This document shows positions 1-11,716 of a stretch of DNA of 64,000 bases, in pieces (the first letter of the stretch is position 1; each line of letters opens with the position of its first letter). Source of the stretch: Octopus bimaculoides (lineage: Eukaryota). Where the stretch lies: the NCBI RefSeq assembly GCF_001194135.2, contig NC_068989.1:58688308-58752307 (forward strand), given 5' to 3'. The position numbers and the translations under genes were made by a program. Below the pieces are notes generated by a model. That model did not search any database. It was not told the origin of the DNA and was given only the letters and a program-made list of their open reading frames with translations.

Positions 1-58
<58 letters not shown>

Positions 59-60
59 TA
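1..60. repeat. (CA)n microsatellite
   Basis: Direct reading of sequence. Confidence 0.98.
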
Positions 61-699
61 CAGATACGCTCACACACACAGAGGTACGCACACACTCACG
101 TACTCACATATACTCATATACACTAAAACTACTGAAATTTCCTACGTTCTCATGTATAAGCAAAGCAGCTCATTATAATTAATAATTATACGATAATATG
201 TGGGTATATGTTATTAATTTATCTCAGCTTCTATAATTTAATTCCTACCAGTTACTCCAGACTTCTTCATTTGTTAAAGACAAACTTTAATATTATATTT
301 TAAGAGAGATCAATCAATGCAATACGCCTCCATATTAATTGTTGATTTAACATCAATTTTCACAGCTGAAGCTCAGTAGCGTGGAGTATCCAATTTTTTC
401 TACGTTGTTTTCCGTTTATATACTTCTTCTATACAAAGATATAATAGAAGTAGATGGAATTCAAGAGCGTTTCAAATAAAACCAGTGTCAGTAAAAAGTC
501 AGGTTTCTTAGCTATGCAGGAAAAATATATCACTATGACTTTCTAATCAGGAGTCGAACTCGGATCTTTCACTTATCCCCAGTCTCGTTGTTAGTATCAT
601 CAATTCTGCGGTCTGTGGCGCTGTCATAGGATTTTGTATAGTGTATCATAAATATGTTATTGTTGACAATGGTGTCAATTTATTATATTATGCGTGGAA

Positions 700-1420
700 A
701 GACAAACTGATAAGTTACTGTTAATGAAATCCGTCATTCAACTAGGGCAATATGCAAATTGAACTTTTATAAATCATGCTGTCCTCTGCGGTGCTAGTTG
801 AATTCATAGTTGCTTCATGAGCAGTTGATCCATGCTACTTGATCGGGAAAGGGAGCTGAGTGCGTCTTTTCTCCGCACATCAATAGCAAAGAATGTATCT
901 ACATTATTTAACCCACAGCGAGGCACACCGGGTTGATAGAAGGAAGGATAGAAAGAGATCCTTCAACACACAAAGGATGGTCTATCAGGAATTTACATCT
1001 ATGAAAGAAATGAGAGATAGCTGGATCCCATAAACGAGAAGTTTCGATAGGAGATTCACAGTTCAAAGCTTTGCTGATGTTGAGAGCAACAACGTTACTG
1101 ACACAAAATTTGCCGATGGTGGATGACGGAGCGGAGAAGGTCACCAGTGGATCTAGCTTATTGGTGGTCGATAAAGAGGAATAAAAATTCAAGGAGCTTT
1201 TTTTTTTGTGAGAGTGTGTCATTGTTGTTAATTGCTGCTTCCATTATCTTCGAGATATTAGAAGTGAGTGAGTGGTAGTGATAGTTGGTGGGGGTCAAAG
1301 AAGAGACCTTCCTTGGGATGGGCAAACTGTAGCGCGTTTCCAAAAATTTGGGTAGATCCCTGTGAAGAGAGATATAATGTAACTATTAGTTCTGTAATCT
1401 TGGTAGTCGCTGCTTGTGTT
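700..1420 (-). mobile_element. Decayed LINE reverse transcriptase remnant (CR1/L2/Jockey group)
   Basis: Frameshifted minus-strand pieces join into RT motifs: GIYPNFWKRATVCP + IPRK..TPTNY..SLTSNISKIMEAAINN, VVALNISKAL (cf. VALDISKAFD), LLSKLLVYGIQLSLISF. Confidence 0.8.
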
Positions 1421-1964
1421 CGTAACAAGCGGTAGATCAAGAAGAGTATAAATTGTACAAGTTAACCACGTTGATTTTCCAGTCAACCTGGTTTAAGTTG
1501 TTACAGTTCCAGTCTCTATCACATAGATCTTAAAATACATTCATATCTGAGGAAAATCTCGATACAAACAGTTCTAGCTTCTAAAACTGGAATAAACTTA
1601 CACTCACACTTAATATGTCATTATTTTGAATTCATGAATTACTAAAACATTCTCAGTTATATGAAGAAGAGCAACGACTGATACATTTCTTAGATTAGAA
1701 TTTAAAATAAGCTACGAAAAAATTTCTACCAAATTACTTTTTCTGATGTACGGGTTGAAAATTAGCTCCGACAGTTTAGCTTAAAACGTTGAGACAGTTT
1801 AATAATAAATGACGGTACCAAACATTATACAGAAAAATTTTGTCGGTTTATCTAACTTTTAAACTGGTTATATTTTGTTTTTTTTTTGTTAATTGTAAAT
1901 ACGAATTCGTTATATGGGCATTAGACGCAGGAATGTAATACAATAATAATTACTGATTTAAGTA

Positions 1965-2060
1965 CAAAATTAGGAATTTTGAGGGAGGGGATTTGTCGCT
2001 TCAATCAACCTCAAAACTTGACTGGTACTCTACTTCATCGATCCCGAATGGGTGAAAATA
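1965..2060 (-). mobile_element. SINE family A fragment
   Basis: gactggtactctacttcatcgatcccgaatgg matches the family A core seen at 56965-57150 and 59950-60120. Confidence 0.65.
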
Positions 2061-2889
2061 TTTATATATAATGCAAATATTTGTAATTGGTGATTTGTTT
2101 AATTAGTTAAAAGTAATATATTCTACTGTTCATAATATTTTGTGACATAGAATACTTCCCCGACTTTTCATTATATTATATGTTCTCAAAATCACTTTAA
2201 CTAAGATCCTTCTAAAAACTCTTCGTTTTTCGAAAAACTGAAACTATTATAATTGAAAATCCTTCTTTGTATGTGCGTATGTGTACTAACGTATTTGATG
2301 GGTGTGCTTACTCACGCCTTGCTCGACATCCACTTCACCGTCATATTGAAACAATTGTGACATCACGCACCATTTCTGTCTCCCGAGTTTGAGATCTACA
2401 GACATATTGTAATGCATACGTACATACATATATACACACACACACGTACACGCACGCCCGCACGCCCGCCCGCACGCACGCACACACACACATTTAGGTA
2501 GTCAAAACGTCCTTTTATTGCAATATAAAATCTCATAAAAATAAAACGCAAGATAAATCCAATAGAATATTGGAAAATGTAGAAAACGCATTATGGATGT
2601 GGATCTGGTCTTTTAGCCAGCGGATGTATATAATGGAGAAATTTGCGAATTATTACATCCCCTCTAATAAAGATAATGCTTCTCACCTGGCTAAACGAAG
2701 GACAATCAATTTACAAACTGAGGGAATACAGCGGTGCAGTTTATGGATATGAACAATATATTTAAGGGGAAGTAGTATTGGGGAGAATTCGACTAACGAC
2801 ATACACAGTAAAGTTTTACATGTGTAATATAGGAACTTGAGTTAATAGAGCAATATTATCTCTCGGTGTGCTTAAAATCTAAAATCTAA

Positions 2890-3150
2890 AAATGTGATGG
2901 CTTCTATTCCTAGAATGTGGGGGATGTTTGAATATATGTTGACTACGTCGAAGGAAAGGATACTAGCAGTGTTTTCTCATTGACCGTTTTTGGGAGGTGG
3001 TTGAGCATGTCCAAATCATCCCTTATATAGCTCTTGATGAGTTTGAGGAAGGGTTTCAGTAGAGTGTCCAGGAAGTTGCTGAGGCAGTGGGTTTTGCATG
3101 CTTAGTTTCAGGTCATTAGGTGAGGGGACCTTGATGATTATGTCTGTAGC
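2890..3150 (-). mobile_element. Penelope-like element RT remnant
   Basis: Minus translation ACKTHCLSNFLDTLLKPFLKLIKSYIRDDLDMLNHLPKTVNEKTLLVS/FDVVNIYSNIPH resembles PLE RT motifs. Confidence 0.85.
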
Positions 3151-3183
3151 TTCTTTGCATGCCTAACTTATTATTCTGCTTTT

Positions 3184-3186
<3 letters not shown>

Positions 3187-3228
<42 letters not shown>
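3187..3228. repeat. (TA)n microsatellite
   Basis: Direct reading. Confidence 0.97.
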
Positions 3229-3232
<4 letters not shown>

Positions 3233-3399
3233 TATATGCAACAGAAAATGTGTTAGATTAAAATAGTCGTTTATGCATCATACTTAATGTAAATAAATCG
3301 CGATAGTTTACTGCGGTATTTATCCGGAGCTAATATTTTCTTTGGACGGGTTGTGTTAAAAAATACAATATGTATACACCGGAAGAAGACGAATTCGTG

Positions 3400-4330
3400 C
3401 TAGCTGTGGCAAGTGAGAACGTTAGATGCATTCTGCCAAGTCTTTTTTATAAGGAATTTCTGCAGTAACTATTGCTTCATGTTGAATGTTGAATGTTTAT
3501 CAAAAGTTCTAGAGGGCTGTTCTTGCATATAACGGATGATTAATTCAAAGAAAATAACTCGGTTAAAAGTTTATTTTTATTTTGTCTTTTTTTTGCAAAA
3601 TATTGCTATTGGTTTTTATTTCTCAAACTTACTCGTGTTCTTAGCAAATATAGGAAAACCTTTAAAAGTAACATATGAAAATTTCAATTTGTAGCTTAGA
3701 GAAAACATTTGTCTGTTATGGCATAATCTTTCACCCATCTTAGGAGAAGAAATAACAGAGTTTCATCACATTCACTTCAGCCAAAATTTCTGCGCATAGT
3801 GATTCTATGACTGTTTCTCTCTTTTGAAAAAATGTCACACAATGTAACGACCAAATAGAATTTTTAGATAAACTTTTACATTTTCTAACAGTTATATCTA
3901 TTATGCTGAGAGTTGAAGTGAAGTTAAAAAGCGAATTTCTAACCTAAGGGAATTTTTTTGTTTCAACGAGTTTCTAAGATTAACAGCAGCCATTGTCAGA
4001 AAATTTTACATTCCATCTCTTCTACAAACGTCATTAGAGACCTACGAGAACAAGTATTTTAAGTAAGTATGCATTTATTTACTCCTTTTGTATAATGGTG
4101 TTTCTGTGAATAAGCTTGTATATGTGTATTTACAAGCGACTACTCGGTTCTGTACAAACTGCTATCGTTTGAGATATTTTAGTTATTATAATTATAGATA
4201 TTGTCAATCACTTTTGGCAGACAAACCTTCAAGAAATCGTGTCATTGCCATCCCGGTAATGACTTGCTGATGTCTGCCAGCACCACTACTATCCCCATTA
4301 GTGATGACTGCGTTTACTAGAGTCTGTAAA
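3400..4330 (-). mobile_element. Heavily decayed hAT (Charlie/Buster-like) transposase remnant
   Basis: Minus-strand fragments in the expected order: GDSSGAGRHQQVI..RF (cf. LDESTDVAG..QL..VRF), SDNG (cf. TDGA), SLCAEILAE, LLFLLLRW (cf. LLxHTEVRW), YMQ...FDK. Many stops; similarity judged by eye. Confidence 0.45.
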
Positions 4331-4493
4331 TAATGGAGATGTTGAAAGACAGGTATAAAGTCATTGTTGCTCTGGTATGTTTTAACTGGAAATTAATGCA
4401 AAACGGAATTCATTAATTCACTGGATATTTTGCCAGCACCTCTTATGCTTACTTTAAATTTACACAGCTTTCAAATATGGATCATAGAGGCAG

Positions 4494-4587
<94 letters not shown>
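4494..4587. repeat. (CA)n microsatellite
   Basis: Direct reading. Confidence 0.98.
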
Positions 4588-4589
<2 letters not shown>

Positions 4590-4999
4590 GTTGAAATAGA
4601 TATAAAAATACAATTTCGTTTTGATTTCAATAAATTAAAATTAAAAGTATTTGGTTGGAAAGAAATTAGATTATATTTGTGGAAAGGTTTAACGGTTAAC
4701 TTCCTCTTTGTACACTCGTTGAAAAAGCGACTAGTTGCCACAAAATCAAGTCCTCTATAGCTACATTTAAGTAAACAAGCAGTTATTTTCTTTATATGGG
4801 AATATAAGACATTAATTTACTCTCCCCCAACTTATTTCTTTTAAACAGATATTAGTGATAGCTACAATTAACTCTTGAATACGTGCTGGGAACTCTCGGT
4901 AAATAAATGACTCGGTTAGAGAAATAAAGAAGTGCTTTGAGAGATTCGTATGTGGTTAGTTACCATTGAAGTTGCTCTTATACATTAAAGGTAATATCA

Positions 5000-5330
5000 T
5001 TCATTTTAAAGCAACCATGGTGTATTTTCACCAACTCTGTGTACGTTCCGATCCCTTTTAGATTCAACCTGTTTTTTCCTGATTGCAATTAATACAAGAG
5101 CTTCATTGATCCCGTTTCATTCTACACAGGCTGAAGAAGCGAGTGGTCGCAGAAACATTTAAATGTCCCAGAAGTTTACCGTTACGTAAATATACGTACT
5201 TTCATCAAACGGATACATTCAAGATTTTTGCATTCCATTTGTTTATTTCATATAACCATTCGCTATAGCCACAAGTAATTTCTAAATAATTGATAAACTT
5301 TCTCAAGGAATAACTGTTTTGATTAGACAA
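5000..5330 (+). repeat. Dispersed ~330-bp repeat, copy 1 (contains hammerhead-like motif)
   Basis: agaagcgagtggtcgcagaaacatttaaatgtcccagaagtttaccgttacgtaaatata aligns with agaagcgagtatttgcagacatatccaaatgacccggaaagttatcattatgtaaatata near 6638; shared atagccaca and ttctcaa blocks downstream. Confidence 0.75.
5120..5173 (+). ncRNA. Type I hammerhead ribozyme-like motif
   Basis: CUGAAGA 5131-5137; stem II GCGA-gugg-UCGC; GAAA 5152-5155; palindromic stem III ACAUUUAAAUGU; GUC cleavage triplet ending 5167; stem I GG/CC plus UUCU/AGAA across a 5-nt bulge. A.A mismatch at base of stem II. Confidence 0.6.
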
Positions 5331-5639
5331 ATCAAGAAGTGCCATGTGTTGTTGATCTGTGTCTATATTCTAGATAGTTTAAGCTTTCTGTCTTGGTATA
5401 TTTCCCAGTAGAGAGCTCTGAATGTTTTTCACTCGCTTCGTCCTTCTTCTACGCTCCGATTACCTTATATTTACCCCTCGCAGATTATTACTGCACAGAA
5501 AAAGTCATTAGAGATCTTTCTATTTATAGAAAGTTTTCACTCGCTCGATTCGGTCCGCTTTCTGTTCCAGTCACTTAATAAATCTCACGGGAGATTAATA
5601 CATTTATTTATTTTATATTTTATTTATTTATTTAATTAT

Positions 5640-6526
5640 GCAAAACTAAGTGATATACAAAAGCTTATCGGGAATCCAATTCTTTCTGCATCTGTTGAAA
5701 AACGAGTAGTCACAACCATAGGATGAATTTGATCAGATAAAATGAAGGGAAACCATTGGGCTGGTGGATTTTCAAGATATAGCACCCCAGATCATCACAG
5801 ATCCTCCTCCATGTTTAACAGTTGGAAGAAGGCAGTCTGGGTGAAATGCTTTCTTTGGCTGTCTCTACACGTATACTCGGCCAGTGGTGGGGAAATAAGT
5901 TAAAGGATGACTCTTCCGAGAAGATAACATACTTCCACTGCTCTAGGGACCAACTCTGCAAGTTTTTACTCCACTCTAATCGCTTTGCAACGTTTGTTTT
6001 TGAAAGTAGTGGTTTTCTGATTGCAGCCCTCCCATGAAATCCGGCTTTGTGCAGTTCCCGGCGAACAGTTTTTGTGGAAACTGGGTTCTCGAGGTGGTCA
6101 TTAAGCTCTGCAGTAATTTTGGGAGCTGTACTTTTGTGATCTTTTCTAACAATTCGCGTAAGAGTCCAACGCTCCCTATCTGAAAGTTTTGGTTTTCTTC
6201 CAAAGTTTTGTTTCGACGAGGAGGTTTTCCCCTCTTTCTCAAAGGCTGTCATTACTTTCGGAACAGTATTTGTTGAAAGACCAAACATTTCGGCTGTTTT
6301 CGTTACGCTACCTCTTTGAAAGTCCGAAAGATCTGTCATTTTAATGAATTTTAATTACCTTTTTCTGATGATATCTGAAAAGAAACAGCAATTTTAGCAA
6401 AGTATATTAAGCAACACTAATAAAAAAAATAAATAAATAAATAAACAAGCTTTTGACAGTTTTATAGATATTTCAAAATTATGATGTGATAGTGCTAGGT
6501 GTTTCTATTATTTTGTCCAACCCCTA
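5640..6526 (-). mobile_element. Tc1-like transposon, internally deleted, single TIR
   Basis: 174-aa ORF 5815-6339 with Tc1 DNA-binding region (GRKPKLS, TVRRELHKAGFHGRAAIRKPLLS) and VIFSEES; continues LPTVKHGGGSVMIWGAI in another frame; TIR TAGGGGTTGGACAAAATAATAGAAACACCT ends at 6526 next to TA. Confidence 0.92.
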
Positions 6527-6539
6527 TATATAATCGCTC

Positions 6540-6850
6540 TGGTTTCGTACCGTACGGTTACTTTATATTAAATTACTTGTATCTAACTGCTGTTGTATAA
6601 AAGCTTCAAGGGAATCCATTCCACTTTTGACCGTGTGTAGAAGCGAGTATTTGCAGACATATCCAAATGACCCGGAAAGTTATCATTATGTAAATATAAG
6701 CATATTTTCTTTACATGTATGTATGTATGTATGTATGTATGTATGAGATTCACTCTTTCCATCCATAGTTATTTGTGATAGCCACAGCCATTTTCAAATT
6801 GCATGTAAAGTGTTCTCAATGAATAAATATCTTGGTTAGTTGAATTAAAA
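6540..6850 (+). repeat. Dispersed ~330-bp repeat, copy 2 (more decayed, interrupted by (GTAT)n)
   Basis: Alignment by eye to 5000-5330. Confidence 0.7.
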
Positions 6851-6959
6851 TGCGCCTTGTCATGCTCAATTTAGTATAGTTTCTACATAAATTGCTCCAA
6901 GGCATTTCAACTTATTAATTTAATACCTTCCTAACGACTCGGAGTATTTTTACTACTTC

Positions 6960-7250
6960 AGACACAAAGTTATTTCCGGTTACACATAAACTCGTACGAT
7001 TCGTTCCCTTGGAGTGTTCTACTCGCTTATATTCAGCTTCTTATAGACACAGCTATTTGTGAAATGGTACTCTTCGTAGAACTACTTCTGTAAGCTGGCT
7101 GAAAAAGCCGGGTACAGTTGGTAAGATCTACATGTTCTTGAAGTAAATCATATAAAAATATTCTTATAGAGATAATTTGGCACTTGTGATTCATTCTTCT
7201 TGTTCGTGTATTTCGCATAGACATTGGATATAGCATCAACTAATTTCTAA
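6960..7250 (-). mobile_element. Possible pogo/Tigger DDE remnant
   Basis: NCTRLFQPAY resembles pogo-family P.NCT..LQPLD; single motif only. Confidence 0.3.
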
Positions 7251-7414
7251 TTATAGGGTACACTTAGTCAATAAACGCCTCGATTAAGTGAATTACAGGG
7301 TGCCTTGTATGGCATATATGTGTCTAGTTACAATATACATTATGATAGCTGTCCACTTGCGACTGATAAAGACCATCGCTGACTATTAAGAACATTGTGC
7401 ATACACAGAAAATT

Positions 7415-7790
7415 TATACTTTACTCTTATGGCTCCGCTGGTAACTAATGAGCCTAGCTCTTGATAAATATACATGTCCGCAGATATTGCAGACCGAGCG
7501 TCTCCCATTCACTGCACTGGTAGAGTGTTTTCGAACAGCTCTCTTAAACTCAGCATAAAAAAAGCATTTTTTTCCCCCGAAAATACCTGCTCGTTTCGAT
7601 ATCTGTTTCCTCCGTCGATGGTGACGACATGCATTCCTTTTCTAGATGATTTCACTTATTTCACATGCTTTCAATGAGGACTTTACACAATCCATAAATC
7701 GTAGTCTTGGTTTCCGTTGGGGGTTGGTGATGGGGTCGCCTTCTACAAACAAGTTCGTTAATAGCATCTGCTTGAAAATCCTCCGATCAT
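7415..7790 (-). mobile_element. RTE-clade LINE 3' end with one C2H2 finger
   Basis: MNDRRIFKQML..PQRKPRLRFMDCVKSSLKAC..; terminal CNICGHVYLSRARLISYQRSH. Confidence 0.85.
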
Positions 7791-7807
7791 TCACTTACCT
7801 ACCTACC

Positions 7808-7856
<49 letters not shown>

Positions 7857-8100
7857 NNNNNNNNNNNNNNNNNNNNNNNNNNNNNNNNNNNNNNNNNNNN
7901 NNNNNNNNNNNNNNNNNNNNNNNNNNNNNNNNNNNNNNNNNNNNNNNNNNNNNNNNNNNNNNNNNNNNNNNNNNNNNNNNNNNNNNNNNNNNNNNNNNNN
8001 NNNNNNNNNNNNNNNNNNNNNNNNNNNNNNNNNNNNNNNNNNNNNNNNNNNNNNNNNNNNNNNNNNNNNNNNNNNNNNNNNNNNNNNNNNNNNNNNNNNN
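7857..8100. other. Assembly gap (N run)
   Basis: Other gaps: 26489-27098, 29198-29715, 32909-32918, 33406-33707, 37404-37471, 43029-43356, 48068-48330, 57865-58624, 61428-61920; mostly flanked by microsatellites. Confidence 0.99.
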
Positions 8101-8141
<41 letters not shown>

Positions 8142-8439
8142 CCCACCACACACAAATATATATACCTTCGTATATGCACGCACACATGTACATACACATG
8201 TGTAAGAGTAGTGAAAATCTAAAGTTCAAGCAGTTAAATATTAAGCTCGAAGCAGCTCCTTGCAAATCCAATGCAAGCATTCGGACATACATCCAACGGT
8301 CAGATATAACTTTTCGAGTTATAATATATCTGGATGTTATCTGTCACTAAAACAAGCTTTTGGCGGAAGGGCAAAATTGGAACTTGATAACTATTTTATG
8401 TGGATCCAGCAGTTTCATGTGGATGAGATTAGTTGATGC

Positions 8440-8605
8440 TACAGACCTCAATTCCTGACTGGTACTTTATTTCATCGACCCAAAAGGATGAAAGGCAAAG
8501 TTAGTCTCAGCGATATTTGAAACATGAATATATTGAACCGGAAGAACTGCTGCATGGTATATGTTGTCCGTTAATCTAATGATTCTGTCAGTTCGCTGCC
8601 TTAAT
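8440..8605 (-). mobile_element. SINE family A copy
   Basis: gactggtactttatttcatcgacccaaaaggatgaaaggcaaagtt core and ctaatgattctgtcagttcgc head. Confidence 0.8.
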
Positions 8606-9689
8606 CCAATTTTATAGTCAATATCAATTAATAAGGAGAAAAGCTAATACAAAATATTCTATAACATCAATAAAGGAATTGGTGTAGTTTTGTCCCTGAT
8701 CCACGCTTATCGAAAGCATACCGGGCATGACCATCGTGACATTTTATACATAAAGGAGTATATTTTATCCGTTGAAAGAATCTGGCTGCTGTTTCTAGCA
8801 TGTCAACTCTCATTGGCTTTTTTAATGAAATGTTTTCATCAGCAGCCAGGTTAGAAATAAAACTTCAATTATAGTAAAGTATAAGTCAACGGCACTTTTA
8901 ATGTAACATAGCAACAACTAGTAACTGAAAACTGTGCCATTCTTACCATGCCTGTTAATAGGATATATTCCGAGTGAGAATAGCCAGAGGAAGAGAAGTG
9001 GGTTACTACAACTGAGCCCTAATGACAGAATATCTGACAGAATACTACTGAGACCAATGAAGAAGAAAAAAAAAAAGAAGAACCAAAAGAAAAAGATTTA
9101 ATAAATCTGATTATGGCTCCGAGTTTACAGCTGAACTGCTTTTTTCTTCTTCAAATCTATGATCTAATTATAGTAACGTAATTGCTAACACTTTCGTATG
9201 CATAGACTCAGATACATTATTGTATGTGTGAGTGTGTTTGTATTTGTGCTCGCATGTGTGTAATGTGTGTATATGTACATGATACAAGAATATATGACAC
9301 ACACACACGTACACAGGTTTATCATATATTGAGTACTATTAATTTTGTGCGTAGCATAGAATTGCCGAGCAAACACAAAACTTTTAATCATATATGAGTA
9401 TATGTATGCGGATATGCATGTGTGTGAGTGTCTGTGGGTTTGTATATAAGTAGTGGTACGCGTTGTTAATATTTCTGTAGACGAAGATTTGGTTTGTTTA
9501 TTTTTATGGGCTCGAGTAAACTGAAATGAAAGACTAGCAAGAATTCAGCAAATATTCCATTACGGAAGACTTATAACAATCATAACCTTGAACTAGATTC
9601 GAAAAGAAATCCAAATTGTTGTGAGACAAACTTCATTCCTTCTACATGTCAAAGGTAATAGGAGACAGAAACTACCAAATCACAGCCCC

Positions 9690-10020
9690 TAGCACATGTA
9701 GCAGCAACAGCCACTATAGAGATAACAACAGCAACATCAAGTAGGTTAGGAAAGAAAATTAGAACAACAAACACATTTACTCCGGCTAATGTTGCAGTTG
9801 ATTGTGTCGCTGTTGTTGCTGCTTATTCTAATATTTTGGTTTTTCGCTATAGTAGGTATTGCAGCTATTGTTTCTGCAGCGGTTGCTGTTTTTGGCTGTT
9901 CCTTCTGTTTTTGCCTGTTACTGTTGCTGTGGACGTTGCTAGTGAAGACGCTGTTGTATAACTGATATAGCTATGACTACCGTTATCACCACTGCTGTAC
10001 TGTTATTATCATTATTACTT
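9690..10020. repeat. Degenerate trinucleotide low-complexity tract (CAA/CAG then TTG/CTG)
   Basis: Direct reading. Confidence 0.75.
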
Positions 10021-10329
10021 TAGTCATCCAGAATAGAATTCATGAGTTTTAGCCTTTAAATAAATCAATCTGGAGAAAATCGTACTAGACAAAAATGTTA
10101 AATCGTTTAGGAACAATGAAGACAATAAAATGTACACCAATGTTAAAGAGAAAGTGTTGAATCGTTCGGGCTGGGCAAAAATACTTATCTTTTTTTTTTT
10201 ATAAGCAAGGAAATAGTATATTGTGATATTAATGTATTTCCCTAATAGTTATTTACATATCTAAGCCATATTTATTTATGCAGAAAAAGTAAAATATGTA
10301 AAGGAGATCTTAAAATTTTAAACAGTCTA

Positions 10330-10510
10330 ATAGTCTAATTCTTTACAAAGCTACATTACTATTCTGCAGCGAATCTCTTCATGTATTTACAGTAGCTCAA
10401 CAAAAGCTTTTATGCTGAAGTAGACTTAATTTAAAACGTTTTTCTTTTGACCTTGGTGATCATTGTTTCTTTTCGTCGCATATGCAAACCGACAAGAATG
10501 TATTTTAATT
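10330..10510 (+). mobile_element. Possible hAT C-terminal dimerisation-domain remnant
   Basis: TVA..KSF...LI/KTF..LGD resembles VTVASAERSFSKLKLIKTFLRSTMGD; frameshifted. Confidence 0.3.
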
Positions 10511-11666
10511 AAGTTTATTGTACATTATAGATCCATATTCATTATACATCATTTTTATTTATTTATTAAAATAAATAGATAAAGTTAAATATTTTTCTAA
10601 GATAATTTAAAACAGAATCACGAAGTTAATTGGAGTTCTGCTAATAACCAAATGAATTCTTAGGAATTGAAGAGAAATTAAATATTCCTCATTCTAAAGT
10701 GAATCAAAAATATGAATAGCATTTTCAAACGCATTATATATAAAGAAAGCTAGAAAAACTTTCCTCATTGAGTTATGTAAACATATCTTACCAAAAGACA
10801 GTTTATAGACTTAGACAACTCTTAAATGTTAGTCAAACTGAAATGATTTCCAGTTGTGTGTATTTGTAAAAATTCTTCCGTTTCTAAAATAAAATCTCAC
10901 TTTAAAAATGTAATTTTAAAGCACACAGCAAGTATTGAACTTGTAAATCTTACTCATACTTGTGACATCTGACAATGTTGTATGAAATATACTATTTGAT
11001 TATATTTGAGATAAGATCTAAATTTATCGCTTTGCCTTCAATGTATAGCTGAATGCTTCTCACATAGCTTAACCTCACGTATTTAATTTTTTTCCATAAT
11101 CATAACTAACATAAGCCATATGAGAAACTTTCATTGTTCTTTTGTTATCAAATAACTATTTCGCATTTATTCTTGGTTTATCTTAAGATATTTTTTTTCA
11201 GTTTTAGCTACACCATGTCATTCCAAGATTTGCAGTCAATAAAGAAAGGGTGTGTCCATATTTCTGAAGGTTCTTATCCGCGAAACAAAAATACCGCAGC
11301 AGCTGATGGAATTGTTAGATATGACTTTAAAACGGAATATAAAATAAATATAAAAAGATAAAGTAAGTCATAAATATCCGTAATGAAATTTCAGCTATGA
11401 CATTAGATTTTGGAAAGAGATATTATACGGTAAGTAGGAAATTAAGTGTTTTGAGTATTTCCACATCGAACCAGCCAGAATGTGTCCTAGAGACGTCAAT
11501 GATAAGTCAATTTAGAAACAAAAAACCTCAATAGTAAGGTTTGAGAGGGTTGAAACGTTGGGTGGAATGCTTTATTTAAAAACGTTATTATTCTAATTCA
11601 TAGCATTCATAGCCCGCTGTTCACAGTAGGAAAATCTACGCCCTGGACAGAAACAGAAATATAAAG

Positions 11667-11716
<50 letters not shown>

